Counted from the first letter of the stretch, positions 48,096 to 58,484 are shown. The stretch: DNA of 64,000 nucleotides from Candidatus Collierbacteria bacterium (GCA_016219325.1 JACRNH010000014.1:132-64131); one strand, 5' to 3'. Notes: a model not told the origin generated them from the sequence alone. Program-made: numbers and translations.

Positions 48096-48728
48096 ATGTC
48101 GCAAACATTGCTTTTGACTTCAGCCGGAATGCGGATACAGGATGAAATTTTAAAACTTCTGCCAAAACCTCCGGCAGAAATTAAACTTGCCCACATAATT
48201 ACGGCTTCAAATGAAGTTAACCCGCACCCTTGGAGAGATAACGACAAAAAAGCCATGCTTAAATTAGGAATTCAGGTTGAAGATATTGACGTTAAGGGAA
48301 AAACCGAAAATGAGTTAAGACGAATCTTGAAAAATAAAAATGTAATTTATGTTCAAGGTGGAAGCCCATATTATCTTTTAAGATATGTTATTGAAAGCGG
48401 ATTTGACAAAGTGGCAAAAGATTTAATAGACAAAGGAGCAATATATATCGGGGCCAGCGCCGGCTCGTATATAACCTGTCCGACAATTGAACAGGCCTTA
48501 TGGAAAAAACCGAACAGAAATACGTACGGTCTGGCAGACAACGGACCAGCGATGGATCTCGTCCCATTTTTAATCGTCGCCCACTATGAACCAAAATTCG
48601 CAGAAAGTGTGATCGCCGGAATCAACAAAACCAAATATCCGGTTAAAGTGCTGACAGATGATCAGGCGATTTTAGTGAAAGATGGGATAATGAAGCTTAT
48701 GGAGATAAAACATGTCCGAAGAAAGTAA
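48096..48728 (+). CDS. Peptidase S51 (peptidase E) family protein
   Basis: LLLTSAG, IYVQGG, YIGASAG, HY. Confidence 0.88.
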   Translation: MSQTLLLTSAGMRIQDEILKLLPKPPAEIKLAHIITASNEVNPHPWRDNDKKAMLKLGIQVEDIDVKGKTENELRRILKNKNVIYVQGGSPYYLLRYVIESGFDKVAKDLIDKGAIYIGASAGSYITCPTIEQALWKKPNRNTYGLADNGPAMDLVPFLIVAHYEPKFAESVIAGINKTKYPVKVLTDDQAILVKDGIMKLMEIKHVRRK

Positions 48729-49371
48729 AATAGGAAAGCTAGCAGATCAATTGTCAGAATCAAGAGGCATTGACCAAAATAAAATTCTGTCAATTTTATA
48801 CACCAGAATTGCCACCGGCATTGAGCTAAAAGATAAACTAACTGCCGACGAAAAATTGCGTTTTGACCCAAACGAAACTTGGAATGTAGCAAACAAACAT
48901 TTGCTTGAAATTGCAAAGGCTGATCCCCAAAAAGCACTTAAACTAGCATTGTCATTTATCAATCTTCCAGAAAGCCGGGACCCAAAACAAGAAGCAGTAA
49001 ATGAATGGGTGCGGACAAGCGGATTATCAATGCTTGGATTTGATCAATTGAAAGAAACACTTTCTGGCTTTTTGATCAACGACTCTCCAGAATCGGAATT
49101 ACTAATAAATAAATTAAAATCTCTCATGGAAATAGATTTATCCGACATTACTAGTTCCAGTCGTTTTGGCGAGAACCCGAAAGGGTTTTCTGCCATTCAA
49201 TCAGCTTATATCTGCCTAGGACTGAAAAATGAAACCGGGGATTCAGCGGATAAATTATATCTCCAAGCAAAAGAAAGAACGTCAAAACCGGATTTTGAAA
49301 CTGCCTATCGACTGCTAATAGTTTCCTCTCCAGATTGCGCTTATTTAATGTCCAGAATCGATAGGTCATAA
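48712..49371 (+). CDS. Hypothetical protein
   Basis: 219-aa ORF. Confidence 0.55.
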   Translation: MSEESKIGKLADQLSESRGIDQNKILSILYTRIATGIELKDKLTADEKLRFDPNETWNVANKHLLEIAKADPQKALKLALSFINLPESRDPKQEAVNEWVRTSGLSMLGFDQLKETLSGFLINDSPESELLINKLKSLMEIDLSDITSSSRFGENPKGFSAIQSAYICLGLKNETGDSADKLYLQAKERTSKPDFETAYRLLIVSSPDCAYLMSRIDRS

Positions 49372-49434
49372 AGATTTATTAAATTCCCAAAAGTCACATA
49401 AAACCTTGTATAATTATTAAGCTAGAATAAAAAT

Positions 49435-49668
49435 ATGTCAGAAAATGGAGGAGAAACACCAAGAGGTTGGCGAGCTTATTTCCCAAGCTTATTCAGACAT
49501 GGCAGACAAAAAGTAGATCTGACTAATGTTACTATAGGGAAACTACAGGATGCACGTGATAAAAGAGGAATTGTAATTGACGATATAACGTCCACGGGAA
49601 TCAATGCGACCGCCACAGTTAACAAAGAAGTTGTCCAAGGCGACGGACCGCTTGTTCCTCCCTCTTGA
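49435..49668 (+). CDS. Hypothetical protein
   Basis: TAGAAT 5 nt before ATG. Confidence 0.45.
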   Translation: MSENGGETPRGWRAYFPSLFRHGRQKVDLTNVTIGKLQDARDKRGIVIDDITSTGINATATVNKEVVQGDGPLVPPS

Positions 49669-49776
49669 CGCGGACTGGAAAAAACTTCATGATTATTGCT
49701 AATGTGTTAATTAAAAATTTTCCTGCGAAGCAGGATCTGGCTCTGCCAGAAAAATTACAATTTATTCTTAAGGGGG

Positions 49777-49992
49777 GTGAGATCATTGAAAAAATCAAAA
49801 TCAGTCAAATCGGTTAAATCCGCTGCCAAAGAGCCATTTTACTCTTGCTGTACCAGCACCGTCGGAGTCGTCCACCTTATTGCCGGCATCGGCCTTGGAA
49901 TGTTATTGGCCGGATATTTGGATATTGCCAACTTAACATTATGGGGATGGGCTTTCACAGCCGCGGGCGCGATAATGCATTTTATGAAATGA
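49777..49992 (+). CDS. Small membrane protein
   Basis: SD AAGGGGGGTGA; two TMs. Confidence 0.6.
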   Translation: MRSLKKSKSVKSVKSAAKEPFYSCCTSTVGVVHLIAGIGLGMLLAGYLDIANLTLWGWAFTAAGAIMHFMK

Positions 49993-50690
49993 AAGAAGCC
50001 TTACGCCAATATTTTATCGCCGGATCGATTTCTGTAACCATAACGGGGGGGTTAATTCTATACCTGACTGCCAGGCGCGGTTATTTTGATTTGTCGATTA
50101 TTAACAAAAGTTTGGCCAGCGGTTCGCTGGTACTATTGGGGATAGTGCTTTTACTGGGCCCATTGTCACGGTTTTACAGCCGGTTTGACAACTGGATAAA
50201 TTACCGCAAGGAACTGGGGATTTTGGCTTTTTTAACCGGAGCGGTCCACGTTTATTTATCAATGTTTCCTCTGGCCCGCCGCGGCCCGTTCGGACTGTAC
50301 CAATCAAGGCCATTAGTCGCCTATTCCGGCCTGCTGGGACTTGTAATCATGGCATATCTATTTATTATTTCATTTGAAAAACTCAAGGAAAAAATCGGCA
50401 TGGCTAAATGGTGGAAAATGCAATATTGGGGGGCTAGAATTACCGTCTTGGCAATTTTTATCCATATGGCGGTATTTAAATATCCGGAATGGAACGCGTG
50501 GCTTGGCGGCGAAGCCGGGAAGCTGGCGCGGCCGGGATGGCCGCCGGCAAGTTTATTGGTAGCTATATTTATATCCTTCGTCCTTTTGACCAGATTAAGC
50601 GAATTGTTTGGCGCCAAAGCTGCCAGATTCTTAACTCCGGTTTGGCTGGGGACCGCCATTGTTACTTCTTTCCTATTGTTTAACTTGTAG
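49989..50690 (+). CDS. Ferric reductase-like transmembrane protein (MsrQ-like)
   Basis: GPLSR, YRKELG...H, WWKMQ...H; ATG at 49989 overlaps the previous stop. Confidence 0.75.
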   Translation: MKEALRQYFIAGSISVTITGGLILYLTARRGYFDLSIINKSLASGSLVLLGIVLLLGPLSRFYSRFDNWINYRKELGILAFLTGAVHVYLSMFPLARRGPFGLYQSRPLVAYSGLLGLVIMAYLFIISFEKLKEKIGMAKWWKMQYWGARITVLAIFIHMAVFKYPEWNAWLGGEAGKLARPGWPPASLLVAIFISFVLLTRLSELFGAKAARFLTPVWLGTAIVTSFLLFNL

Positions 50691-50702
50691 TATCATCGGC
50701 TA

Positions 50703-52850
50703 ATGAATTGGCCAAAAATTGCCGGTGTCAGCTTCCTGATTTTATTTTCAGAGCTTTTGGTTATCAGGCTTTTGGGGACAGAAATCAGAATCTTTGCTTA
50801 CCTAGGAAATCTAACGCTTCTTATGATTTTCCTGGGATCCGGGATCGGAATGTACATTAAAAAAACCCTTCCCTTGTCATGGACCGCTACCGCTTTTTTC
50901 TTGCTGGCGGCTTTAGTTTCAACTTCATATATTTTGCGGACCCCCAGATTTGACGTTAAATTATTTTCCGGAATTTCGGAGTTATTGGCCCCATTGTCCG
51001 AATCGTATGTTTGGCAGTCCTTAAATACATTCAGTAAAACCGGAGCGGTTTTAGGATTAGGGCTGACTTTGGGAATATTGGGATTAACCGCTTTTGGATT
51101 CATGCCGTTGGGAAACTTATTGGGGAAATTATTGGCAAAAGATCCGCATCCGCTGCGGGCGTATTCAATTAATATCGCCGCCTCGCTATCGGGAATGTGG
51201 GCTTTGCAAATATTTTCACTGGGGCAGCTACCGCTGCTATTGGGGCTGACCCTAGTAATTTGGACGCTATTATTTTTGGAAGATAATCCGACTGCCAGAG
51301 CCGTTATTATGGCCGTGGCCGTTGCCACTATTGCCTTAACAATTCCTAAAACAGCCAATCAGCCATACGAAGGCCCGACGACTTTTTGGTCACCGTACCA
51401 AAAATTGACTTTGTCCCTAATCAATAAAACTAAAATCCAACAACCGCCGGGATATTATCTGGAAGTAAATAACGTCGGCTACATGGGCCTTCTTAATTTA
51501 GGCCCCGATCATCAGGCCACTGTTTCGGCCTGGGCCAAAAACAACGATGTTCTATTCCAAGACCAATACTTAATTCCCTACCGGTTTAAGCCTGATCCGG
51601 AGAACGTTCTGATTATCGGGGCCGGCGGCGGCAATGACGCTTACGGGGCGATCAGGGGCGGAGCCAAAAATGTGGACGCTGTGGAAATCGATCCGGTAAT
51701 AGTTAAAATCGGCAAAAAATATCATCCCAATCTTCCGTACCAAAATTCAAGAATTAATTTAGTTACCGCTGACGGCCGGGCGTTTATGGAAAAAACCAAG
51801 AAGCGCTACGATTTAATCGTCATGGGTCTGGCTGATTCTCATACTTTAAGTTCATCCCTGACCAATCTCCGGCTGGACCACTATTTATATACCAAGGAAA
51901 GTTTGGAGAAGGCCAAGCAACTGCTTAAACCCGACGGGATTTTAGTCTTAAGTTTTGAAGTTCCCCGCCGGTGGATCGGGCAAAGACTGTCCAAAACTGT
52001 TGCCGAAGTTTTTGGGGTTACTCCGCTGACTTTTGAAGTCAGAAGCGATGGGGCTTTCGGCTGGGGCGGATATTTCTTCGTGGCTTCCAAAGACCCCGAC
52101 CTGCTCCCGCGCATTCTTAACCAGAATCCTGATTTTGCCAACTTCATCAAAGAACACGAAAGAACTTTCCCCCCATTAACCATTAACTCATCAACTATTA
52201 ACTCATTGTCTGACGATTGGCCGTATTTATATCTAGACTCTCCCCGTTTACCGGTCCTTCATCTGATTATCGCCGGAATTGCCGCGATCGGACTTTTTTT
52301 AGGGAGGAAGATTATCTTTAAGGACACGAAATTTAACTGGCCGATGTTTTGGTGGGGAGCCGGATTTATGTTATTTGAATTTCAGAACATTACTAAATTC
52401 AGCCTGTTGTTCGGGTTGACATGGCAAACTAATATTATCGTGATTTCCGCGGCATTGATTATGATTCTAGGAGCAAATTGGTTGGTGGAAAGAAAAATGA
52501 TTTCTTCAGGGCTTATGTTTGTCGGACTGATGGCAACGCTGCTCATTCAGGCCGTTATCCCGATTAAATTATTTAATACCCTGCCGGATCTTCATAAGAT
52601 ATTGATTGCCGGGACAATTCTCAATCTCCCCTTTTTCTTCGGCGGAGCGGTTTTTTCCGGGTGGTTCAAAAACGCCAAAGACAAAAAGGCGGCTTTTGCC
52701 GGAAATTTATTGGGCAGCGCCGCCGGTGGTTTAATGGAAATGTTTTCATTTCTTTTAGGAATAAAGGCGATTATTTTTATGGCCGCGGCAATTTATGGAT
52801 TGGGATGGATAGCGGCTTCCGGGAAATTTGCTAAGATAATTAAACGATGA
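50703..52850 (+). CDS. Membrane protein with spermidine-synthase-like SAM domain
   Basis: WSPYQK, IIGAGGGND, VEIDP, DGRAF, DDWPYLY; flanking TM domains. Confidence 0.85.
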   Translation: MNWPKIAGVSFLILFSELLVIRLLGTEIRIFAYLGNLTLLMIFLGSGIGMYIKKTLPLSWTATAFFLLAALVSTSYILRTPRFDVKLFSGISELLAPLSESYVWQSLNTFSKTGAVLGLGLTLGILGLTAFGFMPLGNLLGKLLAKDPHPLRAYSINIAASLSGMWALQIFSLGQLPLLLGLTLVIWTLLFLEDNPTARAVIMAVAVATIALTIPKTANQPYEGPTTFWSPYQKLTLSLINKTKIQQPPGYYLEVNNVGYMGLLNLGPDHQATVSAWAKNNDVLFQDQYLIPYRFKPDPENVLIIGAGGGNDAYGAIRGGAKNVDAVEIDPVIVKIGKKYHPNLPYQNSRINLVTADGRAFMEKTKKRYDLIVMGLADSHTLSSSLTNLRLDHYLYTKESLEKAKQLLKPDGILVLSFEVPRRWIGQRLSKTVAEVFGVTPLTFEVRSDGAFGWGGYFFVASKDPDLLPRILNQNPDFANFIKEHERTFPPLTINSSTINSLSDDWPYLYLDSPRLPVLHLIIAGIAAIGLFLGRKIIFKDTKFNWPMFWWGAGFMLFEFQNITKFSLLFGLTWQTNIIVISAALIMILGANWLVERKMISSGLMFVGLMATLLIQAVIPIKLFNTLPDLHKILIAGTILNLPFFFGGAVFSGWFKNAKDKKAAFAGNLLGSAAGGLMEMFSFLLGIKAIIFMAAAIYGLGWIAASGKFAKIIKR

Positions 52851-53278
52851 GTATTAGAAATCAAATTCAATCGCAAATTATAACCAGCATGAAAAGCCAT
52901 GATCAAAAAAGGCTGGATGCTTTCCGGTTTTTATTTTCACAAATCAGATATAGGGAAATTGACGCCAAAAGAGAACTAACCGACGAAGAAACAGTTAAAC
53001 TTTTGCAGGGGGAAGCCAAAAAACGCCGGGAGGTAATCACGGCCTACAAACAAGGCGGACGGCAGGATTTGGCAGATAAAGAACAATATGAGTTATCCGT
53101 AATTGAAGAATTTTTGCCAAAACAATTAACCGACGAAGAAATCAAAGCAATCATTACTGAAGTAAAAGCCGCTAACTCCAACGGAGATTTTGGAGCTTTG
53201 ATGAAAACCGTGATGGTGAAAGTTGCGGGAAGGGCGGAAGGGGCAAAAGTGGCGGGGATGATAAAACAAAAAGGTTAA
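52847..53278 (+). CDS. GatB/YqeY domain protein
   Basis: KKRRE...GGRQDLA.KE...FLPKQL. Confidence 0.92.
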   Translation: MSIRNQIQSQIITSMKSHDQKRLDAFRFLFSQIRYREIDAKRELTDEETVKLLQGEAKKRREVITAYKQGGRQDLADKEQYELSVIEEFLPKQLTDEEIKAIITEVKAANSNGDFGALMKTVMVKVAGRAEGAKVAGMIKQKG

Positions 53279-53345
53279 AATGGTTTAAATGGTTAGAAAG
53301 TTAAAATGACTCAAAGGGTCAATACATTAATGTTAAATTCGAAAC

Positions 53346-54083
53346 TTACTTATAAGTTTGTGTGGTAAAAGTTGGCAAACCTGGTTCATTGCTTACATAA
53401 GGACTCTTTGGAACCCTATTGAACAAACGCTCTAATGTTGTAGGCGGGCGATGTTGCTGCCAAAAGGCGCGAAGAAAACTGATGTCATCCCACGATTTTT
53501 GAAGATCCGCAGGAAAAGAAGCTTCTTTTCGCAGAATAACACAAAGGCAATGTCCTATAAAATCAGATCCTATATAATCCCTATTCGCCATCATAGAGAA
53601 ACCCTGCTCCATAATCCAAGAATAGCCATTTATATCTCTAGCCTTCGTCCATTCTTCGTTCCATGTCTCCCTCCCCCATTGATCAACAGCTTGTCTAACT
53701 TCTATTGGGATCTCAAAAGATGGCAATTTAGAAAATTGTGTTTGTTGCGAATCGGTACACATTTCAATTAAAGAAGTGGCGGCGCGGAGCAACCCGAGCC
53801 GCTCTTGAGAAACAACTGTTAAATCATTTTTTGTCTTCTTCGTTAAAGTTATAAGTTGTTGTAGAGAGTCTAAGATAATTCTGCCTTTTTGTTCTTGTGT
53901 CAATCTATTTCTAGAATCGTCTAACCCGTTAATAAGGGCATATAAACCGTTTCCGCAATAGGCAGCACCTAAAATAAAATTGCTCAATTCTGTTTGAGGG
54001 GCTATTCTTGCAAACCGTTCCTTCGCCAAAGGAATTTCATAAAGATTAATTTGTTGAGATTGTTCAAGTTCTTTCAATTCCAT
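53346..54083 (-). CDS. Hypothetical protein
   Basis: 245-aa ORF. Confidence 0.6.
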   Translation of the reverse strand: MELKELEQSQQINLYEIPLAKERFARIAPQTELSNFILGAAYCGNGLYALINGLDDSRNRLTQEQKGRIILDSLQQLITLTKKTKNDLTVVSQERLGLLRAATSLIEMCTDSQQTQFSKLPSFEIPIEVRQAVDQWGRETWNEEWTKARDINGYSWIMEQGFSMMANRDYIGSDFIGHCLCVILRKEASFPADLQKSWDDISFLRAFWQQHRPPTTLERLFNRVPKSPYVSNEPGLPTFTTQTYK

Positions 54084-54179
54084 TTATCTTTTTCCTTTGA
54101 GCGCTTCATGGCGGACCAAGAGGAAAGCACCGATTCCTGACAGAATTGATAAAACCGCCATAATCCATAATGTTGGCAT
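54084..54179 (-). CDS. 31-aa single-TM microprotein
   Basis: MPTLWIMAVLSILSGIGAFLLVRHEALKGKR*; SD GAGGTG. Confidence 0.5.
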   Translation of the reverse strand: MPTLWIMAVLSILSGIGAFLLVRHEALKGKR

Positions 54180-54181
54180 AG

Positions 54182-54283
54182 TTATCCACCTCTTTTCATA
54201 AACAGATAAATGATAAATATTAACAAGGCGCTGGCAAAACCGCCGACAATAAAACCAATCATTAACTGTTCAAATGTAATCAT
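54182..54283 (-). CDS. 33-aa single-TM microprotein
   Basis: MITFEQLMIGFIVGGFASALLIFIIYLFMKRGG*; ATGA overlap with the upstream gene. Confidence 0.5.
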   Translation of the reverse strand: MITFEQLMIGFIVGGFASALLIFIIYLFMKRGG

Positions 54284-54489
54284 CTCGCGCCTTTCAAAAT
54301 AAATGTTCCAGTTCCCAAAAATACCAGACTCCAACCTATCCCCCATAAAAACGAAAACATCGTTTGGGCGACTGTCTTAATATTGCCGAAAAATATTCCA
54401 ATTACTCCGGCAACGAACCAAGCGGCGCCAATTTGAGAAAAATAATCGGCAATCAATTTTCGCTGCTCGGCAGAAAACCTCTTCATCAA
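54280..54489 (-). CDS. Small two-TM protein
   Basis: LIADYFSQIGAAWF. Confidence 0.6.
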   Translation of the reverse strand: MMKRFSAEQRKLIADYFSQIGAAWFVAGVIGIFFGNIKTVAQTMFSFLWGIGWSLVFLGTGTFILKGAR

Positions 54490-54504
54490 AACAATATATC
54501 ACAA

Positions 54505-55623
54505 CTACCCCAAATAATCCTGTAATTTTTTTCTCTTGCTCGGGTGTTTTAATTTTCGCAATGCCTTAGCCTCTATTTGCCTGATTCTTTCTCTGGTTAC
54601 CCCGAATTCCCGGCCGACTTCTTCCAGGGTCAACGGCCGTTGGCCGTCGAGGCCAAAACGCAGCCTTAAGACTTTGTTTTCCCTTTCCGACAACATTCCC
54701 AACACTTCTTCCACGTTTTCTTTTAACAATTGCTTGCTGGTAGCGTCATACGGAGAAAGTTGCGATTCGTCCGGAATAAAATCTCCCAAAAAGCTGTCTT
54801 CTTCATCGCCAATCGGAGTTTCCAGAGAGGTGGTTTTTTGGGCGATTTTCAAAACCTCGCGGACTTTGATCGCGGTCATTTCTTCCATTTCTGCCGCGAC
54901 TTCTTCCGGCTCGGGCTCCCGGCCTAATTTTTGTAAAAGCTGGCGGCTGGTGCGGATGACTTTATTAATCGTTTCCACCATATGGACTGGAATCCTGATG
55001 GTCCGGGCCTGATCGGCAATCGCCCGGGTAATTGCCTGCCTGATCCACCAAGTGGCATAGGTGGAAAACTTATAGCCCTTTTTCCAATCGTATTTCTCCA
55101 CCGCCCGGATCAAACCCTTATTGCCTTCCTGAATCAAATCCAAAAATGACAAGCCGCGGCCGATGTATTTTTTGGCAATGGAGACCACCAGCCGCAAATT
55201 GGCTTTAGTCAGCATGGCTTTGGCCTTCAGATCGCCCTTTTCATATCTCTGGGCCAGATCAATTTCCTGCTCTCTGATCAAAAGCGGAATCCGGCCGATT
55301 TCCTTTAAATACATCCTAACCGGATCGGAACTACCTAATTTGCTGATCTCTTCAAACGATTCCAATTCTTTGGTCAAATCGGTGGAAGCGCTTTTCTCCA
55401 GAGCCCTTTGATCTTCGGCGAAGGTATCAAAGACGTCAATTTTCTCTTGAAATAGCTTGCCGAAAAAAGCGTCCAGATCGTCCAAATGCTTCTCCGCTTC
55501 CGGCAAAATTTCCATGATCTGATCAACGGTAACGAAGCCATCACTTTTACCCTGTTTCCTTAACCGCAGCATGGCTCTTTTCTGTTCCGGAGCCAGAGGC
55601 AGATTCTTTTTAGTCTTCGCCAT
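54505..55623 (-). CDS. rpoD: Primary RNA polymerase sigma factor
   Basis: [47 protein letters not shown]. Confidence 0.98.
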   Translation of the reverse strand: MAKTKKNLPLAPEQKRAMLRLRKQGKSDGFVTVDQIMEILPEAEKHLDDLDAFFGKLFQEKIDVFDTFAEDQRALEKSASTDLTKELESFEEISKLGSSDPVRMYLKEIGRIPLLIREQEIDLAQRYEKGDLKAKAMLTKANLRLVVSIAKKYIGRGLSFLDLIQEGNKGLIRAVEKYDWKKGYKFSTYATWWIRQAITRAIADQARTIRIPVHMVETINKVIRTSRQLLQKLGREPEPEEVAAEMEEMTAIKVREVLKIAQKTTSLETPIGDEEDSFLGDFIPDESQLSPYDATSKQLLKENVEEVLGMLSERENKVLRLRFGLDGQRPLTLEEVGREFGVTRERIRQIEAKALRKLKHPSKRKKLQDYLG

Positions 55624-55647
55624 GATACTGATTATAACAAGAAAGCG

Positions 55648-55676
55648 AAACCCATGACCATAAGGTCATGGATGAA
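55648..55676. repeat. IS200/IS605-end-like hairpin
   Basis: AAAC-CCATGACC-ATAA-GGTCATGG-ATGAA. Confidence 0.45.
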
Positions 55677-55712
55677 GCGCTTAAAATCCCGCCGTAGGCG
55701 CACAAGGCGTTT

Positions 55713-55746
55713 AAAAATCAGACAAACATATGAATGTCTGATTTTT
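55713..55746. terminator. Hairpin downstream of dnaG
   Basis: AAAAATCAGACA-10 nt-TGTCTGATTTTT. Confidence 0.6.
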
Positions 55747-55749
55747 ATA

Positions 55750-57546
55750 TCAGTCTTTTCGCACCAATTGTTTTAAACGGGCTGCCAGGTGGGACAAGGC
55801 CTGTGGCGGAAGCTTCCCGTCTTTGAGCTGGTTCCTGACCAATTCAGCCTCCAGATCGCGTAAAATCAAGCCTAATTCGCTTTTGGCTTCTTCCGAATCT
55901 TCGCCTTTTAACGGCTGAATTGCGGCCTCATCAAACAGCCCGATTAGTTCTGGCGGCAGCGATTGCCGGAAAATTTTAAAATCTCCGTTTTGAAGTTTAA
56001 TAAACTCTTTCAACAGCTCCATCAGTTTCCTCCGGCCAACCGGCTTCACCCAGTTTAAATCAAAATTCTCCGGCAATGGAAGCTTAAACTGAATTAATAG
56101 CCCCAATAAATAATGGCTCAAAATTTCCGCTCTGCTCATGGCGCTTTCATTACCAGCAGGAGCAACTAAGGATGGAGAAACGTGATTTTGTTTCCAGGCT
56201 GACATTTGGCGCCTGACGGCTTCATCCCTGACTCCCAATCTTTTCGCCAGAATACTCACCCAATGATCCTGTTCAATCGCGTTGCTTATTTCGGACAGCA
56301 ACGGCACCAAAACATCTCCTGCCTGACGTTTGGCCTCGGCTGTATCTTTTCCGAATTTTTCCAAAGTACTTTCGATAATCACCCCATAGGCATTTTTAGA
56401 CTTTTCAACCGATTCTCTCCATTTAGAAGGAGATGATTTGGCCAGTTCATCAGGGTCTTTTTCACTTTCCGGCAAAACTACCGCCCGCGAAGACAAGCTA
56501 TGATGCTCTAAAATCGGCAAGCTGCGGATTAGAGCTTCCTGGCCGGCTGAATCGGAGTCCAGGCAAACAACAACTTTTCTGCCGTAACGGCGGACCAATT
56601 TCACCTGGCCCGAAGTCAATGCCGTCCCTTTCACCGCAACTACATTTTTGATTCCGGCCTGCCAGGAGCTGATACAGTCAAATTCCCCTTCCACTAAAAC
56701 AGCCTCGCCTTTTTTGCGGATATCCTCATGATTTTCAAAAATTCCGAACAGATTTTTTGATTTGCGATAAACCGCGGTTTCCGGTGAATTAATATATTTG
56801 GCTTCTTTAATTTCCGGATCGAGCAAACGGCCGGCAAATCCTAAGATTTGCCCGCGGACGTCCCGCAAAGGAAACATCACCCGGCCGCGGAAACGGTCAT
56901 AGTAAGAATTCTGAATTCTGAATTCTGAATTCTGAATGGCGGAAGATCTGGCTTGTTTGTTTTTATTCAGTATTCGGTATTCAGTATTCGGTATTCTTTT
57001 TATTGCCAAGCCAGATTGCTCAATGTGTTCCGGCAGATAACCCTTTTTGGTTAAAAACTTAAACAGATTATCCCATTGGTTTGGAGAATAACCAATACAA
57101 AACGTCTCAATCGCAGATTTGGTGATATAGCGTGATTTTAAATATTCCCGGGCTTTTCCCCCGGCTTTATGTTTAGTTAAAATATAATGATAGAACTCCG
57201 CCGCCAAATGATTAATTTCAAAAATCTGTTTTTCAATTTGCTGCAACCGGTCGTCAACCGCCCGCCTTTCCAATTTAACTCCGGTTTTTTCGGCTAAAAA
57301 TTCCAGCGCTTCGACGAAGGTCATGCCGTCGTGCTTTTCCAAAAAAGTAAACACGTCGCCAGCCGCGCCGCAGCCGAAGCACTTAAAAATTCCCATTTCC
57401 GGGGAAACGGTAAAGCTGGGGGTTTTTTCAGAATGGAACGGACATAGGCCTAAAAATCGCCGGCCGCGCTGTTTCAAGGCAACTTTTTCGCCGATTATTT
57501 GCGCAATATCTACCCGGGATTTTATCTCCGCTACCTGATCGGACAT
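55750..57546 (-). CDS. dnaG: DNA primase
   Basis: CPFHSEKTPSF, YDRFRGR, KYINSPET, VEGEFD, DSDSAG. Confidence 0.98.
   Translation of the reverse strand: MSDQVAEIKSRVDIAQIIGEKVALKQRGRRFLGLCPFHSEKTPSFTVSPEMGIFKCFGCGAAGDVFTFLEKHDGMTFVEALEFLAEKTGVKLERRAVDDRLQQIEKQIFEINHLAAEFYHYILTKHKAGGKAREYLKSRYITKSAIETFCIGYSPNQWDNLFKFLTKKGYLPEHIEQSGLAIKRIPNTEYRILNKNKQARSSAIQNSEFRIQNSYYDRFRGRVMFPLRDVRGQILGFAGRLLDPEIKEAKYINSPETAVYRKSKNLFGIFENHEDIRKKGEAVLVEGEFDCISSWQAGIKNVVAVKGTALTSGQVKLVRRYGRKVVVCLDSDSAGQEALIRSLPILEHHSLSSRAVVLPESEKDPDELAKSSPSKWRESVEKSKNAYGVIIESTLEKFGKDTAEAKRQAGDVLVPLLSEISNAIEQDHWVSILAKRLGVRDEAVRRQMSAWKQNHVSPSLVAPAGNESAMSRAEILSHYLLGLLIQFKLPLPENFDLNWVKPVGRRKLMELLKEFIKLQNGDFKIFRQSLPPELIGLFDEAAIQPLKGEDSEEAKSELGLILRDLEAELVRNQLKDGKLPPQALSHLAARLKQLVRKD
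56906..56996. repeat. Two inverted heptamer arrays inside dnaG
   Basis: (GAATTCT)4GAAT ... (ATTCRGT)4ATTC. Confidence 0.9.
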
Positions 57547-57596
57547 CTTGACAGAATAATAACACTATCGTAAAATAATGACAAGGAGATAAAATA

Positions 57597-57902
57597 ATGA
57601 ATTACATCGCTTCCATTACCAGCCAGGGTCAAATTACAATCCCGAAACCGCTAAGGGATCAATTTGGTATTCTGGGCCAAGCCAAAGCGCATCTGGTTAA
57701 AAAGGGCGACAAAATTGAGCTAAAGCTCTATACGCCACATGATCTTGAATTTTGGTATGGAGCGCTAAAAAACAATCCTATAGTGAAAGCAAATAAAGGT
57801 AAACCGCTACAGCAAATTATTGAAGAAGAAAGCGCGGCTTTTGAAAAAGCTATCGCTGATAATGTGGCCGAAGAAATGGGATTGCCGCCGCTAAAAGAAT
57901 AA
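57597..57902 (+). CDS. AbrB/MazE-type antitoxin
   Basis: ITSQGQITIPKPLR. Confidence 0.85.
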   Translation: MNYIASITSQGQITIPKPLRDQFGILGQAKAHLVKKGDKIELKLYTPHDLEFWYGALKNNPIVKANKGKPLQQIIEEESAAFEKAIADNVAEEMGLPPLKE

Positions 57903-57903
57903 C

Positions 57904-58308
57904 ATGGAGAATTATCAGCTTGATACTAATGCTTTACTCCGATATCTAGCTCATGATATCCCCAGTAAATATCAAAAGGTCCGCTACCTATTCAACAAAG
58001 CGAAGAACGGGCAGGTAACGTTGAATATCTGCGAGCCTGTTTTTATTGAAACTGCGGTAATGTTAAAACAATATTTCAAGTTCCCAAAAGATAAGGTTGT
58101 TGACTTCCTGCATGATTTGCTTAACGCTTCTTATTTAAATATAGAAAATTCTTCCCGGCTGGCTCCGGCAATTGATATTTACTCGCAGAATTCCATCGAT
58201 TTAGTTGATGCGATTGTCCTAGTCCGCGCTTACATTAATAATCAACAAATTTTTACTTTTGACTCCAAATTATCATTATTGGCTTCGTCACGGGAAAAAG
58301 CAAATTAA
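57904..58308 (+). CDS. PIN/VapC toxin
   Basis: LDTNALLRY, IE, DLVDA, TFD motifs. Confidence 0.88.
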   Translation: MENYQLDTNALLRYLAHDIPSKYQKVRYLFNKAKNGQVTLNICEPVFIETAVMLKQYFKFPKDKVVDFLHDLLNASYLNIENSSRLAPAIDIYSQNSIDLVDAIVLVRAYINNQQIFTFDSKLSLLASSREKAN

Positions 58309-58329
58309 GGGTATAATTTTACTTTATTA

Positions 58330-58415
58330 GGAGGAGTGTGCCGAATGGTAAGGCACCGCTCTCGAAAAGCGGCGGGCGCAAGCCCTTGCAGGTTCGATTC
58401 CTGTCTCCTCCGCCA
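58330..58415 (+). tRNA. tRNA-Ser(CGA)
   Basis: GGAGGAG/CTCCTCC acceptor stem, CCGCT-CTCGAAA-AGCGG anticodon arm, long variable arm, GTTCGA, encoded CCA. Confidence 0.95.
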
Positions 58416-58484
58416 ATTGGAAAATGTCTTTGTTGGCTCGCCCGCTAAGAGGCGTTCCGATGAAAGATTTAGTAAAATAATTTT

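Noticed and set aside
49845-49988. N-terminal extension of the ferric reductase-like ORF
   Set aside because: Overlaps the upstream gene in another frame; ATG at 49989 gives a normal coupled start
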